From the human T2T-CHM13v2.0 reference genome, Homo sapiens: DNA of 64,000 nt. A program made the translations under genes and the position numbers. Location: the NCBI RefSeq assembly GCF_009914755.1, contig NC_060929.1; one strand, given 5' to 3'. Under the pieces are notes generated by a model. It did no database searches, was not told the origin of the DNA, and was given only the letters and a program-made list of their open reading frames with translations. Position 1 is the first letter of the stretch. The number at the start of each line of letters is the position of its first letter. Positions 1 to 13,839 of the stretch are shown here, piece after piece.

Positions 1-1442
1 TATCCATCCATTGCCTATGTTATGTTACACTATTATTTAATTGATGTTTTCCTTTAAATTAACTCACTCAAATTTTGATAAATATTTTTAAAGGTAACAT
101 TATGTTGCTTCTTTAAATAAAAACACCATATTGCTTACCATAAATCAGAAGTTACCATAAAAAGAAGTCAAAGAAAAAATACCGTATTAAAATTGAGATA
201 AAATCTACTGCTTGCCAAAAGGTCTGAGCCTGTGAGCTATCCTCTTTCTTTGGTAAACAAAGAGTGGCAGGTGTTAGAGAAGACTAAAAGACATTCTAGA
301 ACCCAACAGAGGCTTTGTTCTTCATTCTATCAGGGAGCTTGAATAATTTAAAGAGGAGTGCTTTCTCCATGCCCAATAATCTTTTAATGCCATTAAATGA
401 GTAATACTTGAATTGTTTTGCTCACCACCACAGATACAGGCCTTACACTTGAGAAAATACTGCACTTTACATGTCTTATTCCCTCTATCACGTGAGAGCA
501 TATTTTATTATTTCAGTGGCAAGGCAAATGGCTAAGTTTTGTCATAAAACTTTCAATCTGATTCTTCCACCTTTGAAGCCCTTCTCCAGCTGACTGGTTA
601 GGTGATTTGTCATATAACCGCTAAATTCAGTCAAAGAACATGGTTTTAATGAGTAGCCGTTTTAAAGTGATTCCATTAAAAGCAGCTAAGTCAACAACCT
701 ACATGTGATTCCGATTATAATTTATTATATAATATCACACTGCTGAAAGAAAGAAATCAGGGCACAAAATTGTATATTCATTATGATCTCAATATTACAA
801 AAATATGCATAGGGGAAGATAAGAGGGAAAGACAGAAAATCATTCTTTTGGGGTGATGAAAATGATGGTTATGTGTTGTGTTCTTTATACATTCCTGTAT
901 TTTTCGTGTTTTCAAAAATGAGCATGTGTTACTTCTATAATCAGAAGAATATTTTAAAACTAATCTAATCTGGAAAATAAAGTCATTATCTCCATCAATG
1001 AGGTTGTCAATGAGATAAAAGATGTGATTTCATTTCATAAATCACAAAAAGCAAGCAATGCATTATAATCCATATTCTTCTTCAGCGGTGAATAGACTTC
1101 TGTTATATGGCAACTGTTTCTTCCAAAAAGAAAAGGTAAAGCTACTGGCTTTATACAGTACCAGTAGCTACTGTATAAGCTACTGACATGCAATAAATGA
1201 ACATTAGGTCTTGTGAGGGCAGACAGCAAATTATTTTCTTCTTGGTTTCTCATAGCAACTAGCTCTATGAAGTATTATTATTAAATATAATTATTACTAT
1301 TAAATATCATTAATTATGTATTATAATTATTACAAATTATCATTAATAATTAGTTGGATACTGGATATTATCGCTTTTGTTATAGTAATTGCTTATAATT
1401 AACACTTATCAATGATAGTAATAGCCCCTGGCATTTGTATAA

Positions 1443-1818
<376 letters not shown>

Positions 1819-2280
1819 TTATTCCCGTTTTTGAGATGAAGAAACCCATAAAATAGATAAACCCATAAAATAGATACTAAATCACTGTGGAGCCTTATCA
1901 GAAAATAAAACTTACTTCTAAAACTATGCCATACACTTCATAAAGTGTTCTAAGATACATGCATGAAGTTATTACATTTTTAAATGTTGCATGGACTTCA
2001 TAAATATCTTCTACATGTTTGGTCACTGGTGGGTTTATATAATATATATGCAAATTCTCCCACAGCATGAGTGGTCCTTACTCATATTGTAGTAATTATG
2101 TTATTACTACCTTTGGAAGTGCATTAATTTAGGTAGTCCCAGGGAATGCTCTAGAATTATTGTTTGCCAAGGCTTAATGAGCTTGGTACTTGATTAATTT
2201 GCGAATTCATGCCTCTAGTGCTTTCCTTTATTTCTAAAGCATCTTGACCCATCCTCTGAGCTCATGGCCAGGCCTCTCAC

Positions 2281-2491
2281 CTTTCAGGAGGGAGTAGTGG
2301 ACCTCAGCATTGACTCCCCGGTCAGCATCCATGGCTCGGACCTGCAGCAGCTCTGTGCCGGGGGCTATGGTGTCAGGAACACTTGCCTCATAATGGAGCT
2401 GAGTGAAGCGGGGTGGGTGGAGGTTTCCATCCTCCACATGAATGGTCACCCACACGAAGTTCCTCTTGATAGGTATTTCCTGGTCTCGGAC
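2281..2491 (-). CDS. FAT2: FAT2 coding exon (211 nt, phase 0-1) [10 protein letters not shown]...HYSLLK
   Basis: Acceptor gcccatag|GTC, donor AAG|GTGAGA; AMDADRG motif. Confidence 0.97.
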
Positions 2492-3575
2492 CTATGGGCC
2501 CAAAGGGGGTAATTGGGTAAGCAGCAAATGGAATAGGAGGAGGCAGGGTTAGGGTAAGGTTAATGAACTAGAATGCCAATTTAAAATATGCCCAATTGTA
2601 ACTAACTCCCCATATTCTTTTAAATGTTGTTCTAATCTATATGCTCTTTTTCTTCATTTATGTAAATGGATCAGTCAATGATTCCTAGGCTCAGCTGTTT
2701 TAATGGATAATTCTATTTTAGGAGAAAGACAGAAATAGGCAGAGAAGCAGTGTTTTCCAAATTACATCTCAGAGAATACTCATTCTTCAAGATGTTAACA
2801 TGTCATGCAGGAAAAAAAAATTATATGGTCACATAAATTTGGGGAGCACTGAATTAAATGCAGTCAAACAGTTTTCTTTGTTGCAGGACTTCTCAGAGCC
2901 TTGAATACGTATTATATGCCCAGAGGATGATAAATTAGCACATAAGAACCCTGATCTTTAAGACAGGAGGCCAGGCTCCGATTCTGGTTCCATCATAAAT
3001 AACTGTATGACAGTGAGGAAGTCTGTCTTTCTCTGTGGGTCTCAGGTGTAAGATGAGACAAATGGGCAGGGTCAGGGATAGAACTAGGGGGAAGCAAGTG
3101 AGGCAAGTAGGGTGCAAAATTTAAAGAGGCTCTGACTCTTGGGGTCATAAAAATGCAGGCACATGGCCCAGAGAGTGAGCCCTCCTTACATTTTGTGTCC
3201 TGCATGCCTTGCTGGCCTGACCCTAGTCCTTGCTCTCAGTGGGAGAGGCTCTGTGTCCCTTCCAGCTCTGACATTACATGAATCCACATTGTGTCATGAA
3301 GTCACTGAGCAGGGAGAGAGCTCTTGGGAAATATCTGGGGTGAGTCCAGAGAAAGCTGAGGTTGACAGGAGTTTCCTTGGCAGCCGTCCCATCTCTACCT
3401 TCACTTCCAGGCATCCCTTATGGAAGGTGCCCTTAGCCAGCTGTGAAATGTCACAACTCTGTCTCGTGCATGGTCCTTATGAGGGGAAGGGGGACCTTCA
3501 GCATGTCTCCAAGCATGTCCACCCCTACACATCTACATGCAAACGTATTCTCACCAGATTTTTCCATTTACTCAC

Positions 3576-3857
3576 CATGACTGTCAGTGTGTGCTGGGAG
3601 GGCCCCGAGCCGAGGTCCAATTTTCCCACCGTTACCAGGACACCACTGCTTGGGTCCAGCTGGAAGAGGCTGGCACTTCCTGGGTCTTGGCTGCCATGTA
3701 TGGTATAGATGAGGCTTTTGCCCTTGTCTTGATCTATGGCCTGGACTCGCAGGAGCTCTACCCCTGGCACGGTGTCCTGGGGAACTCTGACTTCATAACG
3801 AGTTTCCAGAAACTGGGGCCGATGGTGGTTAATGTTGGCAATCATGAAGATGTGGAC
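3576..3857 (-). CDS. FAT2: FAT2 coding exon (282 nt, phase 0-0) [14 protein letters not shown]...TLTVM
   Basis: Acceptor ctccctag|GTC, donor ATG|GTGAGT. Confidence 0.97.
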
Positions 3858-4452
3858 CTAGGGAGGGAGATGAGGGAGAAGGTGCACTGCAAGCCCCAGG
3901 GGAACAGGGACTGGGTCTGTCTGGACCTCCCTGTATCACCCAGGCCTAGCACAGTGCCTGGCACTCAGCAATCACTTGATAAATATTTGTTGAATGAATG
4001 ACAGTATTTCAAAATCAAAAGACCTTCAGATGCTGCACAGTCTAGTGTTTTTCAAAAACAAAAATTTTCTGGAAGGGCCTTTCCATCAAGTGAAATGTTG
4101 TGTGAAATCCAAATGTAAGAAACAGATAAAACACTGGCTGAAGCTAGAATAGAAATTCAGAGCCCCACTTACCCAACCATCATCCCCCTATACCCATAGT
4201 AGCCCCATTGTACTCTATCTTTAATTAAAACTGCTCATTTAAACAAGCTTCCAATTATAGACAGATCCAGAGTGGGAGAAAGAATTCTCCCAGGATCACA
4301 GAAGTAGAGAGTGTATTAGACAAGAACTTTGATTCTAAATTCAGTGTTCCTTGAGGAACACCACATCCACAGAAAACCTCTGTAGCCTCATCCCAACCAA
4401 GAAGGCCTTCCATCTCCTCTCAATACAGGGGTCCCCAGCCGAGGCCTCTAAC

Positions 4453-4592
4453 CTGTGTGGCAATGGTGCGGGACCCATCTGTCACCTCAACAGTCAAGTT
4501 ATAGTTCGACCTTCTCCTGGTATCAAGAGGCCTGGCAATGACGATGCTGCCTGTGGTCTTCTCAATGTCAAAGTCCATGTCCTTATCCCCAC
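4453..4592 (-). CDS. FAT2: FAT2 coding exon (140 nt, phase 1-0) [12 protein letters not shown]...TIATQ
   Basis: Acceptor cactctag|GT, donor CAG|GTTAGA. Confidence 0.96.
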
Positions 4593-4958
4593 CTAGAGTG
4601 GGAGTGGGGAGAAAGCACACACAACCTCAGTGATTTAGGCAGCATAGCATAAGATAGGCTTTGGTTGTCAGGCTCAGAGGACACGGTGGTAAATTCCACA
4701 GTACAAGATCTGAGTGACAGGTTGTAGTTTATTCTCCCAGGGAGTCCCAAAACTGTAATTTATTCTGTCAAGTTGTTGTCAAGTTATTTTTATTTGAATT
4801 TTATTAATAAATCAAATTGATTAATAAACTATAAGAATCCAAATGTAACAACATATTTTTAAATGTCTAGTATATAGAAATATGTTTAGTGACATGGAAA
4901 TATGTTCATGATATATTACATTTAAAAATATTATAAAACAATACTTTAATATAACCCT

Positions 4959-4962
<4 letters not shown>

Positions 4963-5002
<40 letters not shown>
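4963..5002 (+). repeat. (GT)20 microsatellite
   Basis: Perfect dinucleotide run. Confidence 0.98.
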
Positions 5003-5005
<3 letters not shown>

Positions 5006-5111
5006 GGAAAAATGACAAAAAGGAAACACATCAACATTATAACAGTGGATTATCTTCTGATTGGTGGAACTTTAGGTGATTTTTATTTTCTTCTCTGCAT
5101 TCATTTGTGTG

Positions 5112-5273
5112 TGCTTATTTACTTATTTATAGACAGGCTCTCACTCTGTCACCCAGGCTGGAGTGTATGGTGCAATCATAGTTCACTGTAACCTTGGACT
5201 CGGCCTCAAGTGATCCTCCTACTTCAGCCTCTCAAGCAGCTGGGATTACAGGTGCGAGCCACTGTGCCCAGCC
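5112..5273 (-). mobile_element. Alu monomer (FRAM/FLAM-like)
   Basis: Single diverged Alu arm. Confidence 0.75.
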
Positions 5274-6164
5274 CATATGTGTTTTTGAAATGTTTTAGAG
5301 GGTACATGCATTAATTTGGTATTAAAGAAAAAAAGTCAAACAAAACAGCCGTAAGCCAGAACTGGAAGTAAGTTCAGGAGGTTCAAAGAGCTTGGGTCAA
5401 GGGCATATATCCTATCCTACTCTTAGCCAGGACAGAAAACTGTACCAGGACTCCATGTTCATGTGGGTGCTGAAACTCCTAGAGATTTTTAACCTGGAAT
5501 CCCTGGATGGGTTTCAAAGGGCCTATACATCCTCTAAATTGTATGCAGATTTACATTTGTGTGTGTTTGTGCACACAACTTTCTGGGAAGAGGACCTAAG
5601 CGTTCGTCAGATTCCTGAAGGGTTCTGTGACCCCCAGATGTTGAAACAAAACCTTGATTTAGAGACAGAGAGGAATTTCAGAGAAGGCCATCAGAGCCCG
5701 GATCCAAGTGCCTCGTAGAATGAGAATGGGCACTTTCCCCTGATCTCAAGGGTGAAACCTGGAGCCAAAACATTGAGCATGGCCCCAGGGTATAGCTTAT
5801 GGCAGGCTCACGGTCAACTATGATTTTCACATTGAGGTAGGAAAGGAAACACAAAGCATTTCTGCTCTGGGTCTTCCTGAACCATTTTAGGTCTCCTAGG
5901 CCCTTGGGGTAACTGAGGCACTGCCAACTCTGGCTGGGGTTAGAGATCGTGGCTGGAGTGAAAGGAAAGCTTGGCAGACGTGGCATTCTTACTGCCTGTG
6001 CTCCCAGAGAACCAGGGAAGAGGCAGTCCCCACTCCGGGCTGAAAGAGGGGCTGCCGAGGAGCCCGACCTTGAGAAGAGTCAGAAGGACTGTAGCAGGAA
6101 AACTAGAGCTGGTGTATAAGGATGGGAGGGGTTGGCCCTTGTTGGGCCCTAGGCCTTGCCTCAC

Positions 6165-6375
6165 CTGAGATGTTGAACCAGAAGAGTCCGGGTCTGCCCT
6201 CTACGCTGATGACCCCCACCATGTGGTTCACAGGGTCCGTCTCCATGACCGTAAAGCTGTAGTAGGTCTCATCAAAGGCCAGAGGGATGGAGGACGGCCG
6301 GGGCCAAGGGATCCACTCAATGTGTAGCCGGACACTGGCTGAGAGTGGTGGCTGCCCACTGTCTGTTGCCTTGAT
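6165..6375 (-). CDS. FAT2: FAT2 coding exon (211 nt, phase 0-1) [12 protein letters not shown]...WFNIS
   Basis: Acceptor cctttcag|ATC, donor CAG|GTGAGG. Confidence 0.97.
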
Positions 6376-7349
6376 CTGAAAGGAGGCCAACACCAAAACT
6401 GAGGTTTGGGGCCAAGAGACAGGAAGACCCAAGCAGCCAGGACAGGAACCAGAGCGTCCTGTGATTCTGACCAAGCAGGCCTCTCATCCAGTCATTCATT
6501 CATCTGATGCATACTTGAAGGCTTGCTGTAAACAGGCACCCTGCCAGTTGCTGCAGGCACGGTGGTGAACAAAACGTATAACCTGTGCTCAAGAACCTCA
6601 TGGTTAGTATAAAAATAATAAATGCCACTGTTAACTGAAGACTTACTGTGTGCTACTTCCTAAATTGAACTTTACATACATATGCCCTTTGCTTTTCCCA
6701 ACTACCATAAACCTAACAAGCTAGAATTTATTGAGCACTCACTATTATCAGGCCTTGTTCTAAGAGCTTTGTGCGCAATATCTGATTTAATCCTCACAAT
6801 AACCTTGGAAGAGGTCCTGTTATCATCTGTCTTTTACAAGAATAAACTAAGGCTCAGTGTGGTCGATTCACCTGCCAGATGAAATGCTTGGCTAGCAATG
6901 AGACTGGGGTTGAATTCAGGCTGACTGATGTAAGCACCCATGCGCTAGCTACCTGATATATTGGCTTCTCACAAGAAAGACGTTCTTATCTCCATTTTAC
7001 AAATGATAAAGGTTAAACGACTTGTCCAACATCACACAGGTGTAAAATGGCAGTACTAGGGTTGGAACCCAGGCTTATTGGTTCCAAAGCCCCTGTTACT
7101 CTCACTAAATCCTTCTCTCTAAGAATAGAGGGGATTTCCCAGGCAAAGACCTTATTGCCTTCAAAGAGAAGGACCCAGAATTTGATCCTTTGGCTGAAGC
7201 TGAGACTCCCAGTTTCTCTGGGAGAAGGCCAGGAAGGAGAGTACCATTTCCCTTATGCTGGTGGGCTGTCTCCCTCCTCCTGAATTCTCAAAGAAGGCCA
7301 CTAACCAGCATGCCACTCCTCCCTCCGTGGCTTCCTTCTGTCTGCTCAC

Positions 7350-7661
7350 CGTTAGGATGTTGTACTCTCCAGCTGTAAAAGTGCTGCTGGATGAAACCAC
7401 ACCTGTGACCAGGTCGATACTGAAGGCCTCCTCATCGCTGTCCTCGATACTGTAGGTGACTCTGCCATTAAGACCCTCATCCAGGTCTGAAGCCACCAGC
7501 CTGTACACAGGCCCAGGGGACACAGGGCTCAGCCTCTCTGGAAGGCGGACATTGAAGAGCTTGTGGGAGAATATAGGTGGATTGTCATTGACGTCCAAGA
7601 TGCCTACCACCACCCTGGAGGTGGACTTCAGTGAGGGTTCCCCATTGTCCAGCACAGTCAC
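7350..7661 (-). CDS. FAT2: FAT2 coding exon (312 nt, phase 0-0) VTVLDNGEP...EYNILT
   Basis: Acceptor tgctcccag|GTG, donor ACG|GTGAGC; DVNDNPP motif. Confidence 0.97.
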
Positions 7662-8352
7662 CTGGGAGCAGAATTGAGCATGAGCACCTGAGCTGACAAT
7701 TGCAAATTAGTGACTATGCTTTAACAACCTGGAAATAGTAGTCACTTTGTTCTTTGGTATGAGCTTGTACTTTTTATTATCATAACTTCACCTACTTGGA
7801 ACTCAGCTCTCTGGCAACTTTGCCCCTGGGAAAGCCAGTGAGAACAGAGAAAGGAAGCAGAAAGAACTGGAAGAAGACAGAGTCAGAGTCTCTAGACAAA
7901 AGCTGGTGCTGTTTATGTGGGACAACCCCTGGGCCATTTCTCAGAGACTACCTACTTTTTACTTGCTTGTGTTTTTCATAATTTTAGTTCTCTGGTTTCC
8001 TTAAGTTGCTCGATTAGAGAAAATAAATGAGAAAATGTTGATGAGGGAATGAGTGGTACTTTTTGAGTCAGACATGTGCACGTGGCCTGATGCATGCAAT
8101 GAAATCCAGAGTGAGAAAAGGCCCCAAAACCATTTCAGAACCAGTAGCTATTTAATGCAGAGGCAAATAATCACATGCATCAATAGCCCCAAGGGCATCA
8201 CATCAGACAGGAGATTTCCACCTGAAATGGTTCTGAATTTTAAAAAACACTTTGGTGTTTAAAGGTAAATATCTGTTACTGAACTGTGGAGAATGCTTTC
8301 AGTCCCTAGGAATTCTAGAAGGCCATTTAGCTACTTCTTACTAATAATATAT

Positions 8353-8656
8353 TTCTTTTTTTTTTTTTTTTTTTTTGAGACTGAGTCTCGCTCTATCGCC
8401 CAGGCTGGAGTTCAGTGGCACGATCTCAGCTCACTGCAACCTCCGTCTCCCAGGTTCAAGTGCTTCTCCGCCTCAGCCTCCCCGGTAGCTGGGATTACAA
8501 GCACCCGCCACCACACCTGGCTAATTTTTGTATTTTTAGTACAGATGGGGTTTCATCATGTTGGCCAGGCTGGTCTTGAACTCCTAACCCCAAGTGATCT
8601 GCCCGCCTCAGCCTCCCAAAGTGCTGGGATTACAGGCATGAGCCACCGTGCCTGGC
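8353..8656 (-). mobile_element. AluS
   Basis: Poly-T followed by a full antisense Alu dimer. Confidence 0.95.
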
Positions 8657-9331
8657 TAATAACACCTGTTTCTTACCAAAGGAAAAAGAATGTGCAGAGC
8701 CTGGAAGTATCAAAGGCAAAATTTGTTTCCTGCTGAGGAATATGTATTCCCCCCTCCTGATACTTTTAAAACTAGAAGAGATCATCAGTGAAGGACAGCT
8801 CAGGAGGGGAAATAGTTAGATTTCCACCTGATCTGCTTCTCTTCTGATTTCATTCCCTCTAGGTCACTAACCAAAGCCTTTCATTGAAACAGGCACCAGG
8901 AATGCCTATGTGATTTTAGAGGCATCCTAGAAAGAGCACAGATCTAGAAGACAAAGGTCTGGTTTTCATCCTGGCTCTGCTACTGACCTAGTGTTTGACC
9001 GAGAATGATTCTGTCTGCCTGAGCCAGGAGGGATGGACTGGACTCGGTAAGTACATAGCACACATGTACTGCTCCCCTCTCCTTCACTCCCTGCAGGCAT
9101 CACTAATCAATCAATGGTGCCTACCCAGCCTGGGCACAGTTTCAGACTCCTTCCCTTCTCAGTGCTGAGGAGCTAGCAAAGATCCAAGGATCATCCAGCA
9201 AGGTTCAGCTCACGTATATCTTCCTCCCTGAACCCAGACCCTCCTCAGCCACAGTGCTAGACATGCACGTGGCTCCAAGGCCTAACATGGCTCCACAAAT
9301 CACCACAAATGGATTCACCACCATTACTTAC

Positions 9332-9390
9332 CTCCAGGATGTGTTCATCCTTGTTCTCTCTGTCCAGCTGCTGGGCTGTAGATAGGAGAC
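9332..9390 (-). CDS. FAT2: FAT2 coding exon (59 nt, phase 1-0) [20 protein letters not shown]
   Basis: Acceptor tctctctcag|GT, donor GAG|GTAAGT; LDRE motif; restores frame between neighbours. Confidence 0.96.
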
Positions 9391-9514
9391 CTGAGAGAGA
9401 GATGATAAGGGAGAGACATGAGCAGAAGACTTTCAGGGCCACTTTACTGAGGCAACTTCAAGAATTACATTCAAATCTCAGATAAGAATTCTTCTGATCT
9501 TTGAAGAACATGTA

Positions 9515-9895
9515 AAGACCATCCCTGACTTAGGATAGTTCAACTTAAATTTCCTACTTTATCATGGTGTGGAAGTGATACACATTCAGTACAAACCATA
9601 CTTCAAGTACCCATACATTCTGTTTTTTACTTTCACTTCAGTATTCAAATACTGAAGTATTGAGTACAAATACTGAAGTGTTGAAATATTCAATACTTTA
9701 TTTTAAAATAGGCTTTATGTGAGATGATTTTGCCCCCTGTAGGCTAATGCAAGTGTTCTGAGCGCATACGAGGTAGGCAAGGCTAAGCTATCATGTTCTG
9801 TAGGTTCGGTGTTTAAACACAGTTTAGACTTACAGCATTTTCAACTTATGATGGATCTATTGGAATATGACCTCACTGTAGGCTGAGGAGCATCA
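9515..9895. mobile_element. MER47-type Tigger DNA transposon
   Basis: ...ttcaagtacccatac...aaaataggctttatgtgagatgattttgcc...gtaggctaatgcaagtgttctgagc...gctgaggagcatc. Confidence 0.75.
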
Positions 9896-10169
9896 GAACA
9901 CTAAGGGGAAATGAAACTCGGGGGAAAGCAAGGGGGAAGTGAGGAGCTGGGAGAGAACAGCAGAGATAATGTGTCAGGTGAAGTTCCCAGCTACTTCCTG
10001 CTTTCTCTATTAGGCAGGGGTGATACATCAAAACTTCAGCAATCGGCCCACCACGAGCAGCCTCCCGTCAGGATGGTTGCCAGCTGGAAGCAACCAGTAG
10101 GGTTACTGGTGCACAAGGGTCAATGTCAGCACTGCTGTGATGCAGTTTTGGTTCCTCGTCACTAAAATC

Positions 10170-10748
10170 TATGGAACATGTTTGCATCTGGATGTCTTCT
10201 GCTCATCATTCATTCCCTCTTCTTTCAATAAACAAACCCCAGTTCTCCTGAGGGGAAACCAGGAGAATTAGGTTCTAATTAGGAATTAGAACCATTCCTA
10301 GCTTTAGTCCTTCATTATCTGGGGTGAGGCTGACCCGCCTGGGGAGAAGTTTATAGCCCAAGGATAGCCAGTCAGCACAGACTATCCCCCTGGCCCTTGC
10401 AACTGGCTCTGCAATAGACAAGGGACCCGTCTGTCTGATGAGAATCCATTCTGGGACTTTTGCAAGAGCTCTAGAAAGAGACTTTTTTCTGCTGCTGTGC
10501 TGAGAGAACAGAAGGAAGCCTGACAGCAACAAGAAGAGGGACTCCTGAGGCTAGACCCACTCAGAGAAAATGAGGCCAAGAGATAAGCAGAGGCAGCGCC
10601 TTCATTACATTATTCCAACACTGGCTACAGCTGTGCCTGCAGCCATACTATGTTTGGAATTTTCTGTAAAGTAAGAAAACAAATGTCTTTTATTGCCTCA
10701 GCCAACCTGCATTGGGTTTCTATCTTTACATCTGAAAAAGTCCTGACA
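10170..10748 (+). mobile_element. Old MLT1-family LTR
   Basis: Diverged MLT1 hallmarks: cagctgtgcctgcagcc, ctcagccaacctgcattgggtttct...ctgaaaaagtcctgaca. Boundaries approximate. Confidence 0.55.
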
Positions 10749-11321
10749 ACCAATTCAATTCTGAGAATTCATATGTTGGGATAGGAATGGGTTAGGGGTC
10801 ATGGTGAGGCTGGGAAAGCATTCAGGGTCTTTGGGATTGGGAGGCCTCCAGGAAGGACGCTACCTCCTGCCTCAGCCTCTCCCTTCCCCTCCTATGGCCC
10901 TGCCAACCCCCAGCTCCAGCCTCAGGTTCCTTACAGGGGACCCACTAATCCCCTCTGTGCCTCGCCTTGACTCCAGGAAGCTCCTGCTTATTTCTCCCAA
11001 CCTTATTTCAACCCCAGCCTCCTCTGCAAAAGGAGTTGAATTCGGTGACCTTTAACATCTTTCTGGCTTAAGTTCTGAACTTCTCATGCCACTTTAAGGA
11101 ATGTATTCTAAGGAAATCAGTGCATACATCTGGGAAGATGAGTTCACACGGTGTTCACCTGAGTCACGTTTTAAAAAGCCAATAATTGGACACAATCCAT
11201 ATAAGGGAAGAGTTGTATACATTTTACATAAAAAGGAATCTTAAGCAACTATTCAAAATACATTCTGTAGATGGGGAAATGCTGCACACAATATATTGTT
11301 GAGTAAAAAAGGCAGCTTGTC

Positions 11322-11609
11322 GCCTGGGCACGGTGGCTCACACCTGTAATGCCAGCACTTTGGGAGGCCGAAGCGGGCGGATCACCTGAGGTAAGGAGTT
11401 CGAGACCAGCCTGACCAATATGGTGAAACTTCATCTCTACTAAAAATACAAAAAAAATTAGCTGGATGTTGTGGCGTGTGCCTGTAGTCCCAGCTACTAG
11501 GAGACAGGAGAATTGCTTGAACCCAGGAGGCAGAGGTTGCAGTGAGCCAAGATCTCACCACTGCACTCCAGCCTGGGCAACAGAGCGAGACTCCTTTAAA
11601 AAAAAAAAA
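11322..11609 (+). mobile_element. AluS
   Basis: Full dimer with a small right-arm deletion; TSD aaaaa(g)gcagcttgtc on both sides. Confidence 0.95.
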
Positions 11610-12480
11610 GCAGCTTGTCAGGAGCTACAGCAGAAATAACAACTATTGCCTTCCGTTTCAGAGAAACCATGAAGTGACAGCATTTTCCCCATTTATTATT
11701 ATTATTATTCACTAGGGTCCTAGTACTGGCTCTTCCCATGACAGGCTGGTGCAGATAAATAGAGAGGGGGCTCCTCTGGGCTCCTCTCAGTTCATCCGTA
11801 ATTGAAGAAGTTGGGTAGAGAAGGCGCTAGCTCTCTGCAAGATTCAGGGAAGTTGAGGTGGAGGTTTTCAGGGGCCCAGAAGGTCATCCAAAGCCATGGC
11901 CTAAGAGGCCGTGGCTGGTGTGGACGGTCTCTTGTAAATGAAAGCAGAGCTACTGGTCGAGGTTAATGGAACATCTGAACACTTTCACTTTCTTGATCTT
12001 GTTTAGGTGATGAAGTGATTGAGATAATGGAATTAAGTGTAGAAAAAGAAGCTCAGTGAAGAGCCCAGAGTTTCCCTGGGGGGCTCAGTGACAGAGCTGG
12101 GAGCTCAGCGAGGGGAACAGGGATTCAGTTCTGGGCCAGAGCCTCCAGTCATGGCAATGGGAGTGTGGTGTGAGGATGTGGGCTCTGTCGGGGGCGTGTT
12201 CTCGCCTTGTGCAGTTGAACGCAAGTCATTCCGGCTTTTTCTTCCCTAACTGAAGTTTGGCGTGCAAGGGATTGGAGAAGGCTCCTGAGAAGCTCCACAC
12301 TCAGGCGCCCTTCCAGTCAAAGAAGGAGGACAAGTGGAAGGAAAGACACACTCCTGTAGGACAGGAGGGTCTGGATACTGTCCCAGCTTGGCCCCAAGCT
12401 GAGGGGCCTCATGGGGAAGGGCCTAGGGCCTGGGGTCCCCCAGGAAGAGCACAAGGACTAGGGGGTCTTGGCAGGTAAGC

Positions 12481-12720
12481 CTTCTATCTGGCTCCATCCC
12501 TTCCTTTCCTCCCTGCCCTTCTCTCCTCTCCCTTTGCTCTCTTTTCTGTGTTTCTCCTTCACCATCCTCCTCCTCTCTTCCAGCTCTTCCTCTCTCTCTT
12601 CTCCCCCTGTGCCTCTGAATCTCAGCCTCTCTCTCTGTGTGTGTGTGTCTGTCTCTCTCTCCCTCTCTCCCCCAACCCCATTTGGTTTTTCTTTTCTACT
12701 TCTGCCTCTCACCACTGCCT
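12481..12720 (+). repeat. CT-rich low-complexity tract with embedded (TG)n
   Basis: Strongly pyrimidine-biased + strand. Confidence 0.85.
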
Positions 12721-13839
12721 CCCCTGATCTTCTAAGGTCCTGTGCCTCTGGAATCAATGCCCCGAGGTATCCTGCCCAGTTGCCCCTATTCTCATCCTCA
12801 TCCTCCTCTCTGAAGTCAGTATCAGGGTTCCCAGGAAGTGCCTGAATAGAATGGGGACATAGCAGAACCACCTCCATAGGGCTGTGTGCATGTTCACTAA
12901 GGTGCATAGAAAACCCCTCTCACCCTTCCTGGATGAGGTGGCGCTCAGTGGACTTCACTCTTACCATTTTTCTCCTCCAAACAAATGTTTCCCCAACACC
13001 CTATCTCAGACCCATATATGACCTTTCATCTTCCCTCATCCAACAGTTTTCCAACTGTTGTTGATTCCACCTGTGATAGATTCCTGATCTTTAACTCCTC
13101 TTACCCTGAGTCACCACAATCTAGGTCTTGCCCCAGCTGCCTTTCCATCTTCATCTTCCTCTTCTTCCCTCCTGCAGCATCAAAGAACCAACCCTTTTGG
13201 AGCTCTCACATGCACAGGCATTCAGCTAAGCTCTTTCTATAGCTTTGTATATTAACTCATTTAATTCTCACAACAGCCCAGGTGGTCTCTATTATAATCT
13301 CCATTTCACTGGTGAGAAAACTCAAGCATAGAGCAGGTAACTCACTTTCCCAAGATGTCATTATTTATAAGTGGTGGAACTGAGATAAACCTTGAGAAAG
13401 TCCATCTACTTGCATTGTCTTCAACAAGATCAGGGTCTTCCTCCCTCTCAGATAGCACCTGTGTCGTCACCCTCGCCCATTTGCTCTCCCGGACTGCTGC
13501 CTCTCAAAATCCTCCCACCCTCCAGCTCAGCATAACCACCCCTGTTCCATGAAGCCCTTGCAGATCCACCACCCAGAGCAGCTTCCTCCTTCTTCTGAGT
13601 GGCCAGGGCACTGTATCTACACATAGTTTACGATGTTATGCCCTTTCAAACTGGTTCTATTGTGTTTATATCCAAATCTTCATGCTCCTAATGGACTGAA
13701 TTTCTCAAGACCTGAAACTGTGTTTTATTTATCTTCATATAACTCCACAGCACATTGTTTAGAAGCCTAGTAAGGTCAGACACCTTTAAACATTTGCTGA
13801 GTACGTGAATGAATCTTGGGCTTAACAAAACATTGTGGA

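Noticed and set aside
1842-1875. 17-bp tandem duplication aaacccataaaatagat
   Set aside because: Ordinary slippage duplication with no functional context.
12458-12907. 149-aa Glu/Arg-rich and 125-aa Ser/Leu-rich ORFs
   Set aside because: Translation artefacts of the CT/GA low-complexity tract.
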